A stretch of 64,000 nt of DNA from Planctomycetota bacterium. Lineage in GTDB: Bacteria > Planctomycetota > UBA8108 > SXIK01. Shown here one piece after another: positions 18,123-26,977 of the stretch; the stretch's first letter is position 1; each line of letters opens with the position of its first letter. The stretch lies in assembly GCA_965223845.1 (NCBI GenBank), contig CBDCXR010000004.1, positions 3,456,001-3,520,000 on the forward strand. Direction: 5' to 3'. A program made the translations under genes and the position numbers. The notes beneath the pieces were generated by a model. The model had not been told where the DNA came from. It was given only the letters and a program-made list of their open reading frames with translations, and made no database searches.

Positions 18123-19931
18123 CTATTTGGGCGTCGTCGAGGTCGCCTTCGCCTTCTTCGCGAACGGCGAGATGGATTCGAGGTAAAAGCCCTGCTCTTT
18201 CCAGAGTCCCCAGCCCACTCCGTCCTCGAACGCCCCGGCGAGACCCTTCAGCCCCGCCTTGATCGCAGCGGTGACGGACGGCGGAAGCGATGGTTCGCCC
18301 GTTGCCGCGACGGCCATCGTGATCTGTGAGATCAGGTCGTTCGCAAAGGTCTCCGCCTGACTCTCGTCGATGGTTCTCTGGTACTGGTAGAGATTGACCT
18401 GACCCGGCGACCGCTTGAGCGCGTCCTTCACGCGCTGCTCGGTCTGCGCCTCTCCCGCGCTCTGCTTGAGTCTCACGAGAACCTTCTGCACGCTCTCCTT
18501 CTCCATGCCGAACACGAGGCTCTTGTCGGTGATCGAGAGCGCGATCGGCAGCCCTGCATCCGGAAACGAGAGAACCTCGTAGCCCTGGTAGTTCGAGGGA
18601 ACGACGGATCCCGGAGCCAACTGAGTCGCCCGCGCGAGGAGGTCACGAAGCGGCTTCGGGCTGTCGAGCCCGAGGAGGAGCGTCATGTCGCCTACCGGGT
18701 CGCTCTGCGTGGCGAGACGCGTGCTGAAGAGATCGAGCCGCTTTCCGAGAGATCGCTTGAGGTCTGCGAACTTAACGCCGGTCTGTTGCTCGAACATCGC
18801 CTCGAAGTTCCCGCCGCCCTGGAACGAGAGGGCCACGCCCCCGATCTCCTGGAGCGCGCCGAGGATCTTCGAAAAATCGACTCCCACTGCCATGAGCATG
18901 TGGACGCCCTGCGGAATATAGGCCGGGAGCTCGGTGCTGAGCGGCGGAGTCTTGAACCAGCCGAGCATGCCGTCGGCGGCGCCGCCGTTGTGGACGAACA
19001 TCTTCTGCGAGATGCCCTGAGACGGTGACACTTGGATCGCCATCCCGAGGTTGTTCAGGCTCTTCCCGAGGACGAGAGACTGAAACTTCTGCCAAAAGAA
19101 TCCGTAAAACGTCGCGTTGAGAGCCCCGCCGACCGTCTCCGTGATCGCACGGACGTTGAGGAAGAAAAACAGGTCCCCACCCACTCCGGCGAGGCTGTGC
19201 GTCGTCTGAAACCGCGATTCCTCGACGAGTCCACCCGACTTGCCGCCCGCGACGTTTGCCATCACCTCCTGGAGAGACTTCGGGCTGAGGCTGAGAAAGA
19301 AACGAGAACCGAGCTGACCGAAGTGGACCGACTTCAGCTCTTGCTCGCCGGCCTCTTTCGGCGGGCTGATCTTCGTGATCGTGCCGCCGTGGAAATCCGA
19401 CGATTCCACGTTGACCCCTTGCTCGCGACCCTTCGCGAAGAGAGTCGAGAACGCCTCCTCGAACTTCGCCTTCGCCCCGCCGGCATCCACGTACACGAGC
19501 GCCGAGACGTCCTCGGACGTCACCGTCGGCTCGAGACCGCTGAGCTGCTCGGTGATCGCTTTCTGCAGGGCCTTGATCGAGCCGACCGTCACCACCACCT
19601 CACCTTCGGCGGACATGAGCACGTCGAACGGATCGAATCCGAGCTCGCGCTTCGCTTCGGCGCGTGGTTTCTCGAGAGCGGTCTCGAGGTCCTTCATCGC
19701 GGCCTTCACTTCCGCGAGCGTGCCGATCTCACCGAGCGGCGAGGCCTTGAGCTTCGCCGAGAGGCCGGAAATGCTCGGAATCTGGATGACCAAGCACGAG
19801 TCGCTCGGAAGCGCCCCGAGGATGGACGGACCACGGACCACGGTTTTCTGTGCGTAAAGACCGCTGGCGCCCAGGAGCGCGACCAAGACACCGGCGATCG
19901 CGGAGCGGCGAAGCGCGGGAAACTGCGACAT
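18123..19931 (-). CDS. Secreted hypothetical protein (possibly DUF3352-like)
   Basis: 602-aa ORF with signal peptide and AAAGG RBS; no catalytic motif recognised. Confidence 0.65.
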   Translation of the reverse strand: MSQFPALRRSAIAGVLVALLGASGLYAQKTVVRGPSILGALPSDSCLVIQIPSISGLSAKLKASPLGEIGTLAEVKAAMKDLETALEKPRAEAKRELGFDPFDVLMSAEGEVVVTVGSIKALQKAITEQLSGLEPTVTSEDVSALVYVDAGGAKAKFEEAFSTLFAKGREQGVNVESSDFHGGTITKISPPKEAGEQELKSVHFGQLGSRFFLSLSPKSLQEVMANVAGGKSGGLVEESRFQTTHSLAGVGGDLFFFLNVRAITETVGGALNATFYGFFWQKFQSLVLGKSLNNLGMAIQVSPSQGISQKMFVHNGGAADGMLGWFKTPPLSTELPAYIPQGVHMLMAVGVDFSKILGALQEIGGVALSFQGGGNFEAMFEQQTGVKFADLKRSLGKRLDLFSTRLATQSDPVGDMTLLLGLDSPKPLRDLLARATQLAPGSVVPSNYQGYEVLSFPDAGLPIALSITDKSLVFGMEKESVQKVLVRLKQSAGEAQTEQRVKDALKRSPGQVNLYQYQRTIDESQAETFANDLISQITMAVAATGEPSLPPSVTAAIKAGLKGLAGAFEDGVGWGLWKEQGFYLESISPFAKKAKATSTTPK

Positions 19932-20175
19932 CGTTCTTCAACCTTTCTCGATTCGAGGCGGAGGCACCGAGGGTGCTCGTCCGCCGAACGGTACTTCGCG
20001 TACGTAGTTTCGTAACCAGATCCGGCGCGAGGGCGGTGACGTCCACCGCGACGCCGTGTCCCGAGCGTCGGCCGAAGGTTCGCCCTGCCACCCGCGACTC
20101 CGATGAGTCGTCCTTCGACCCACCGACTTTCACGTCCCCCCTATTTCTCTCAAATGCTGTGACGCGACGGCCCTG

Positions 20176-21255
20176 TCAATCCGAGCGATCCGCGCCGGAT
20201 TCGACCGCGTCCGGTTTCCGCTTCGGCGGCGGCAAGAGGTAACGCACGCCGGTGTTGGGATTGTCCTTGTCGAAGGCGTAGGCCTCGTGATTGCGCAAGA
20301 AATCCTTCACGTAATGGACCGGAATCGCGAACCCGAGCGACTCCCCACCCAAAATCTTGAGACTCGTCACCCCGATGACTTCACCCCTCTCGTTAAAGAG
20401 GGGGCCGCCACTGTTTCCCGGGTTGATCGCAGTCGTCGTCTGGATCAGCAGGTAGCCCTGTAGCGCACGATTTCGATTGCTCACGATGCCTTCGGACACC
20501 GAGCGTTCGAAGCCGAGCGGGCTGCCGATCGCGAACACCGGGTCGCCCGCGCGCACGCGCGAGTAGTCACCGAGGTACGCAGTCTGGAGCTCGGCTCCCT
20601 GCCGATCGGTGATCTCGAGAAGCGCGAGGTCGAAGAACGGATTCAGCGCGACGATCTGAATGTCGGGAAGCTTCAGCTTGCGTAGGCTTCCGTTCTCTTC
20701 GCGGACGTAGATGATGATGAAGATGTCCTGCTCACCCTCGACGACGTGAAAGTTCGTGACGACGTAGCCCTTCTCGGCGTTGATGATGAATCCCGATCCG
20801 AGCTTCGAGAGGCACTGCACCTGGACGACTCCCGGGCCGACCTCACTCGCTTTGTCTTCGACGGTTCCCGGCTCGAGGTCGGCGCTGAAGAAAATCGCGT
20901 CCGTTCGGACGGCGGGCTTTCCCGGATCAGGAATCTCCGTCTCGGGCGCCGGGTCGGCCTCGGGCTCGTCGACGGAGCGGATCGCCGACGTCGGGAGGCT
21001 CAAGATCGTGTGACCGACGTCGAGAAACACCGTCGACGTCGTTCGCTTGACGACTTCCCCTTCGAGACGATTTCCCGACGTGAGGACGACCACGCTCTTG
21101 CCGTCGGCCTGAAGGGACGTTGGACCGAGCGCGAGCACCGCGAACACGAACGCCGCGGCGATCCCTTCCGCCGCCCGCTGGCGGGCGCGGGTCGTTGGTG
21201 CGCGAGTCGATTCTGCTCTCTGAGCCACGGGAGCTCCTTCCTGTTTCGGTATCAT
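20176..21255 (-). CDS. Trypsin-like serine protease (HtrA-like catalytic domain, no PDZ)
   Basis: GSGFII, TNFHVV (His), DLALL (Asp), GNSGGPL (Ser). Confidence 0.92.
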   Translation of the reverse strand: MIPKQEGAPVAQRAESTRAPTTRARQRAAEGIAAAFVFAVLALGPTSLQADGKSVVVLTSGNRLEGEVVKRTTSTVFLDVGHTILSLPTSAIRSVDEPEADPAPETEIPDPGKPAVRTDAIFFSADLEPGTVEDKASEVGPGVVQVQCLSKLGSGFIINAEKGYVVTNFHVVEGEQDIFIIIYVREENGSLRKLKLPDIQIVALNPFFDLALLEITDRQGAELQTAYLGDYSRVRAGDPVFAIGSPLGFERSVSEGIVSNRNRALQGYLLIQTTTAINPGNSGGPLFNERGEVIGVTSLKILGGESLGFAIPVHYVKDFLRNHEAYAFDKDNPNTGVRYLLPPPKRKPDAVESGADRSD

Positions 21256-21257
21256 CC

Positions 21258-23717
21258 CTAATTCCCCCCTGGCGCGGCCGGAATCAGATCTTGAAGGTAG
21301 ATCAGAATGCGGTCATGGACCATCAGGATCAAATCCTTGAGCCCGTCCCCATCGACGTCGGCGACATCCATATGCCGCGGTCCCAGCCCCCGGCTCCGGC
21401 GCATGTACGATTTCTCCTCGAAGATCGGAAACGCGAGGCGCGTCTTGAGGCTCGTTCCTTGCTCGGAGGTCGACGGTGCCAAGCAGAGGAGATTGTACCG
21501 GGGCGCCGTGTTCACGACGACGTCCTCGCGGCCGTCGCCGTTCAGGTCACCGACCGTCAGATCCTGTGGCGAGCCGAGGTCCTCCTTTTTCTCGATCGAG
21601 TAGCTGAGGACCTCTTTCAGGCCTTCGTCCGTCTTGGTCGCGCGGACGACCGCGATCCGCCGCGAGCCGACGAAAACGAGGTCGTCGGCATCGTCGCCGG
21701 TCACGTCGACCGCCTCGATCCGAAGGACGGCGACGCTCGGCGCGTCGAATGATTCAACGCGCGTGTATCCGCCGTCTTCCCCTCGCGCGAGCAAGTCGCA
21801 CTGACGAGAGTTCGAGTCGAAGAGAACGACGCGAGGCTCCTCGTCGTCCCGGACCCGCACGGTCGCCGCCGCGACGAGCTTCGTGGTCGCACCACGTCCA
21901 GCGAACTGCTCGATGACGCGGAGAGCCCCGCCGTCGTCGAGCTGGAGCGCACGGACGTAGGTCGCGCGAACGACGAGAAGGACGTCGCGCTTCGAGTTCG
22001 CGTTGGCGAAAGCCGCGTGGCGGCCAGTCAGAACGCGGAGCGCCGACGGCTCGAGTCGCGCGAGCTGACCGAGTCCGGCCGCGCCGGTCTCCGCGAGATC
22101 CGCGAACGCTTCGCTGCCGTCGTCCTGTTTCTTCTGCACGAAGAGACGCGGCGCCGCGTACGGGATCGTGAGAAGCACGTCGGTGCTCGCATCGCCGTTC
22201 GCATCGAGGATGCGCAGGGCGGAAGGCGTGCTCTTCAACCTGAGATCAGTGCCGACCTCGAGCGTCGATTCGCCCGTTGTCGAGACTCGCAGCCTCTCGA
22301 GCCGATGGTTGGCCGCCGTGCTCGCGTCTTCGTTCGGAAGCTTCTCTCGCTTGTACACGATGAAGAGGCGGTCGCCGGGCTCCCCGCGGACCGCCGGTCC
22401 CGCCGCGAGGTGGAGGGGCTCGGCGTCGAGGGTCACGGTCGCCGGGTACTGCAGCCGACCGTCGCTCCAAGAGCTGACGCCGAGCGTCTTCTCGTCTCGG
22501 CTGACGACGATGATCTCCGCGCGACCGTCACCGTCGACATCCGCGGCGGCGACCTCGCTCACCGCGGAGAGAGTCGAGTACTCGGTACGGCGAGCCCAGG
22601 TGCCGCTGTCGTCCTGAAAACTCACCGCGATCTGCGCGACGCCGGGTCGACTCACGACGAGATCGCGGCGTCCGTCGCCGTCTACATCTGCGAGGACGCG
22701 GCGCCGCTTCTGAATTTCACCTTGGGAGCCGAGCGCCGTCACCAGCGGACGCGACCAGCCCGTCGACGACGGGCTCTCGCTCCAGCGGTAGGCCTTGAGG
22801 CGATCGCTCGCGCGCTCGACGCCGAACATCGTCGGACGCGGCGCGTCCTCGCCCGGAAGACGAAACTCGGTCCGCAGCCAGGAGCGAAGCGGCTTCACGT
22901 CCATCGCGCGCGACGGCCCGAATCCGCCCGGTCCTTGAAGCTGGACGACCAATGAATCTTCCTTGTCCGGAACGACGTAGATGAGATCGGCGCGATCGTC
23001 CGAGTTGAGGTCCGCCACCTCGACGTCGTAGGCCTCATCGACCGGAAGCGCGAGCTCCACGGGCTGGGCGAGCCCGCCACCCTCCTTCTGCGTGAAGAGG
23101 TAGGACTTCCCCTTCCCCAGAAGGATGAGATCCGATCGACCATCGCCGTTCAGATCGGTGATCTCGATGCCGTACGGACTCTCGCTGCCGTCCCGAATCG
23201 GGTAGTCCTCGGTCTTCGATCCCCACGGCTGCACGTTGTAGACGACGTGAAACTCCGGCGGATCGGCGTAGTAGGCGATGTCCGGTCGGTCGTCCGCGTT
23301 GAGATCTCCGACGGCAAACGACTGCACGTGCTTCCCGGTGTGTACGGTCTCGACCTTGAACCGGTGATCGGAGTCGATCTCGTTCGGCGAGCGTTTGATG
23401 AGGCCGGCGGTGACGGCGCTCTCGCTGTCTTGTTCCACCGCGTCGGTCGGCCCGCGCTGGACGAGAAGCTTGAACGCGGCGTCGTCGTTATCGGCATAGA
23501 CGAGATCGAGGCGGCCGTCCCCGTTGAGATCCCTCGAAACGAGGACCGAGGCGCTCTCGGTGGCTTTGAAGATCTCGAGCGCGCGAAATCCGAACGGGTC
23601 TCCCGGGTCGTTGGCCGAGGTCGGCGGACACGCGAAGACGACGAGCGTGACGAGGGCGGCGCCGACGATCGTCGCCCGCGGAGCGAACCCCTCGGGGCCG
23701 CGGTTCATGCAGTTCAT
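21258..23717 (-). CDS. FG-GAP/VCBS repeat secreted protein
   Basis: Many D-[LV]-[ND]-G-D-G-x-x-D-[LIV] repeats; signal-like N-terminus. Start uncertain (23708-23744). Confidence 0.88.
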   Translation of the reverse strand: MNCMNRGPEGFAPRATIVGAALVTLVVFACPPTSANDPGDPFGFRALEIFKATESASVLVSRDLNGDGRLDLVYADNDDAAFKLLVQRGPTDAVEQDSESAVTAGLIKRSPNEIDSDHRFKVETVHTGKHVQSFAVGDLNADDRPDIAYYADPPEFHVVYNVQPWGSKTEDYPIRDGSESPYGIEITDLNGDGRSDLILLGKGKSYLFTQKEGGGLAQPVELALPVDEAYDVEVADLNSDDRADLIYVVPDKEDSLVVQLQGPGGFGPSRAMDVKPLRSWLRTEFRLPGEDAPRPTMFGVERASDRLKAYRWSESPSSTGWSRPLVTALGSQGEIQKRRRVLADVDGDGRRDLVVSRPGVAQIAVSFQDDSGTWARRTEYSTLSAVSEVAAADVDGDGRAEIIVVSRDEKTLGVSSWSDGRLQYPATVTLDAEPLHLAAGPAVRGEPGDRLFIVYKREKLPNEDASTAANHRLERLRVSTTGESTLEVGTDLRLKSTPSALRILDANGDASTDVLLTIPYAAPRLFVQKKQDDGSEAFADLAETGAAGLGQLARLEPSALRVLTGRHAAFANANSKRDVLLVVRATYVRALQLDDGGALRVIEQFAGRGATTKLVAAATVRVRDDEEPRVVLFDSNSRQCDLLARGEDGGYTRVESFDAPSVAVLRIEAVDVTGDDADDLVFVGSRRIAVVRATKTDEGLKEVLSYSIEKKEDLGSPQDLTVGDLNGDGREDVVVNTAPRYNLLCLAPSTSEQGTSLKTRLAFPIFEEKSYMRRSRGLGPRHMDVADVDGDGLKDLILMVHDRILIYLQDLIPAAPGGN

Positions 23718-24089
23718 ATGCGGACTCGCAACTTTCACCAACAACCTGCGGCGGTCGCCGCGACATCGCCCTTCCGCGGCCGGCCCCCGGCGATCGGGCG
23801 ATCCCCGATCGATCGAAGTTCCGAGAACTTTGCCGCGGAGAGAGTCTAACGGGCGCCCCGTCTCGCGGAGGGGGCACCGACAACTTTTTACATGGTAACA
23901 GCGCGGGGCTTCTACGCTTATCGACTGCCCGGCTCACTCCTCCGCGGACGAATTTCTCGCCGGGGCGTTTCGACGCGATACCGCCGATCTTCGTCCGACG
24001 ACCCGTGCGAGAAAACGCCACCCCGGAACGAGATCACCCGGTCGGGGGGCTCGACCGGGCAAGCGCGAGGCGAGCGATCATCCGCCCGC

Positions 24090-24944
24090 TCAGAACGGAT
24101 CCTTCTCCCGCTCGACCGCGTCGTCCCAGGCCGCGCGGAACTGGGCGCACGTCGCGGGCGCGTGGCCGGCGAAGTGGTTGTTCGCGAACGCAAAGATTTC
24201 CCGAACTCGGCCGTGCTTCGCGAGCCGGGCGAGGGCATCCGCCCAGCCGGCGATCGCCCGCGACTTGTCGAGGACGACGCGATCCCACGTCTCGGTCACC
24301 TTCTCGATCGCGTACCGGTCGCCGAGGAAGCGGAGATAGGCGAAATCGGCCGTGCTCCGCTCGGGAATCGACTGCTCGCGGGCACGAGGGAGATACGGAT
24401 GCTCGATGAAGGCGAGCGCGGCGCCCCGCGCCTCGAGGGCGCTGAGGAGATCGTCGACGAGCCACCCCTTGTTGCGCACCTCGACCGCGCAGCGGACGCC
24501 CGGCGGAACGCGGTCGAGTGTCGCTTCGAGTCGCGGAAGAAACTCGGCGAGCGAGAGCTCCTTCACGCGGAAGTAGGGAAACTGAAAGAGGATCGGTCCG
24601 AGCTTCGCGCCGAGTGGCTGCATCGTTTCGAGAAACTCCTCGAGCTCGCCCTCGTCGTCTCGAAGAACGCGATCGACCCGCGGCCGCTCACCCTGCGCGC
24701 CGTGCGTGATGAGGCCGGGAACCTTGGGACAGAAAATGAACCCGGTGGGGCTTCGCTCCGCCCACCCGCTCACCGTCGACGGCCGAGGAATTCCGTAGAA
24801 CGTCGAGTCGATTTCGACGACGCCGAACGATCGCGTGTAGTGAGCGAGGTAGTCCCGCGCGGCAGTGCCCTCGGGATAGAACACCGAAACCCAGTCCTTG
24901 TAGGACCAGCCGGAAGTGCCGAGATGGAGGGTGCAGGTGCTCAT
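24090..24944 (-). CDS. DUF72 domain-containing protein
   Basis: LGTSGWSYKDW..FYP, VEIDSTFYGIP, KLGPILFQFP, AVEVR, FANNH. Confidence 0.92.
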   Translation of the reverse strand: MSTCTLHLGTSGWSYKDWVSVFYPEGTAARDYLAHYTRSFGVVEIDSTFYGIPRPSTVSGWAERSPTGFIFCPKVPGLITHGAQGERPRVDRVLRDDEGELEEFLETMQPLGAKLGPILFQFPYFRVKELSLAEFLPRLEATLDRVPPGVRCAVEVRNKGWLVDDLLSALEARGAALAFIEHPYLPRAREQSIPERSTADFAYLRFLGDRYAIEKVTETWDRVVLDKSRAIAGWADALARLAKHGRVREIFAFANNHFAGHAPATCAQFRAAWDDAVEREKDPF

Positions 24945-25426
24945 CGAGTCGGTGCCGAGGACTGATGCGCGCGCCTACGGCCGGGTCTTGCCCGGGCACG
25001 CGCGACTAGCCGGTGCGCGCGGCGGAAGGTCCGAAGGGCGGGAATCGAAAAGCAGCCGAACTGGATCGCGAGCAGCGCAGGAACGACCACCGGGAGGACT
25101 TGTCCCGTCGAGACGAAGAGGCAGGTCAGCGCGAGGTACATATGAAAGCCGAGGAGCACGATTCCGCACCAGACCAACGCGCGCCGCCGAATCAGCGCGG
25201 GTGACTTGTATCGAGAGCGCTCCAGCCTCGCCCACGCGAGGATTCGGAGGGCGAACAATGCGAGGACGGTAACCGATAGAGCCGCGATCGTAGCGACGAA
25301 GACTCTCTTCCACCAAGGATCATTCGAGAGCGACGACCCGAAGAGGGCGACGAGTCCGAGAGCGACCCCCACTGTGATCGCTACGGCCAACGCCTGAGGG
25401 GTGATTCGTTCCGGGTCGATTCGCAT
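24941..25426 (-). CDS. Small hypothetical membrane protein (about 4 TM)
   Basis: Four hydrophobic segments; stop overlaps the DUF72 start (ATGA). Start 25426 or 25447. Confidence 0.55.
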   Translation of the reverse strand: MRIDPERITPQALAVAITVGVALGLVALFGSSLSNDPWWKRVFVATIAALSVTVLALFALRILAWARLERSRYKSPALIRRRALVWCGIVLLGFHMYLALTCLFVSTGQVLPVVVPALLAIQFGCFSIPALRTFRRAHRLVARARARPGRRRAHQSSAPTR

Positions 25427-25622
25427 TCGACGTTTCACTCGACCCATCCTGCCGAACGAGGCCTGAGAGAGCAGTCTCGACTCGAGCGTCGAAGATCGGC
25501 TGCGGAATCGAAGCGCCGCCCGCGACCGCCCGCCGAAAGACGGTATACTCGGAGCGTTCGTCGTCGTCGAGCGACGGCGAAGGCGTGCGGAGCTCGAACC
25601 GAAAGAAAAACGGGAGAGTACC

Positions 25623-26831
25623 GTGAGGACGTTCACCCTTCTCCTCCCCCTCGTCCTCGTCGGGGGCCCAGACGAGTCACCTTCCCCCCTCCTCACTGTC
25701 GAATCGGTGAACGTTTCCACCGCCGACGGCGCCGTGCTCAAGGGCCGGCGCTTCGTCGGAAGTGCGCCGCCGATCATCCTCGTTCACGGGCTGGTCGCGA
25801 ATCTCCATCAGTTCGATCTCGACAGCGAAGACGCACCCGCGCTCGCGCAGTTTCTCGCGCGCGGGGGACACGACGTCTGGCTCGTCAACCTTCGCGGAGC
25901 GGGGCGCGGCGCGGAGGCGAGCACGCTTCCACCGAAGCGGCGGCGCTGGTGCGCGGACGAGTACATCGTCGAGGATCTGCCGGCGATCGTCGATCGCGTG
26001 CGGGAGACGACCGGCGAGCGACCGTTTCTTCTCGGTCACAGTCTCGGTGGAATGTCGATCGCCGCCTACCTGGCCGGCGCGGTGAAAGTCGCTCCGGCAA
26101 ACATCGACGCGGGAATTCGCGTCGACCCCGATGCCGCTCGAAAACGAAACGGCGAGATCCGCGGCGCGCTCTTCCTCGGCGCACCCGCGCGCATCGCATG
26201 GCCGGAAGGCCGCCGCCCGGTTGCGCTCGGACGGCTCGCGGCCGTCGGCCGGAAGTCGGCGCGATTTTTCCTGCCGGCTCGCCTCCGCGTCTCGAGCCTG
26301 AACGGATCGGAGGACGACGACCCCGATCCGAACCTCCTCGAACGCGCGGGAAACAAGGTCGAGACTCTGCTCGAGAAGATGTTCGGAAAGACCGACTGGG
26401 CCTTGCTCGCGTTCGGCGAGCGAAACGCGGCGAAGGCGCAGCGACTCCTCAAGAAACTGCGCGGCGGCGTCCTCTCGGACACGTCGGAAGACCTCCTCCT
26501 CCAGCTCGCGGAGGGAGCGCGCGAAGGAACCTGGCCGAGCTACCGCGGTTCCGAGGAGGCGAGGATCGATTACTCCGATCACTACGGAAACGTCACCGCC
26601 CCCGTCTTCGTAGCGGTCGGCGAACGGGATCGCGTCGCCGCGTCCGAGATCGTGCGCGCGGCGTTTTTCGACGCGGTCGGGAGCGAGGACCGGCGCATGA
26701 TCGTCGTGCCGGGCTACGGACACTCGGACATCACCCTCGGCGACGACGCCCACCGCGACGTGTTCACGCCGATCGCCGAGTGGGTCGGGGAGCGGTCGGA
26801 GGCCGTCGCAACGCGCGAGACGGACGGGTAG
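25623..26831 (+). CDS. Alpha/beta-fold hydrolase (lipase/esterase-like), probably exported
   Basis: VHGL oxyanion motif, GHSLGG nucleophile, GERDRV Asp, YGHSD His; GGGAG RBS. Confidence 0.88.
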   Translation: MRTFTLLLPLVLVGGPDESPSPLLTVESVNVSTADGAVLKGRRFVGSAPPIILVHGLVANLHQFDLDSEDAPALAQFLARGGHDVWLVNLRGAGRGAEASTLPPKRRRWCADEYIVEDLPAIVDRVRETTGERPFLLGHSLGGMSIAAYLAGAVKVAPANIDAGIRVDPDAARKRNGEIRGALFLGAPARIAWPEGRRPVALGRLAAVGRKSARFFLPARLRVSSLNGSEDDDPDPNLLERAGNKVETLLEKMFGKTDWALLAFGERNAAKAQRLLKKLRGGVLSDTSEDLLLQLAEGAREGTWPSYRGSEEARIDYSDHYGNVTAPVFVAVGERDRVAASEIVRAAFFDAVGSEDRRMIVVPGYGHSDITLGDDAHRDVFTPIAEWVGERSEAVATRETDG

Positions 26832-26977
26832 CCAGCCGATCCCGCGAGTCCAGTCGACCCGCGGGTTGGATCGACGAACGCCGCGAATCCGACTCGACAA
26901 TGGCGCTCGAACCACCGCTCGGTGCAGAATCCGAGCCGAGCAAGCCGTCGGGAGAAGAGAGCTTCGCGGGAGCCATC

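Noticed and set aside
25949-26899. N-terminal extension making RecD2 1074 aa
   Set aside because: Arg/Gly-rich off-frame reading that overlaps the alpha/beta hydrolase; RecD2 homology starts near 26978
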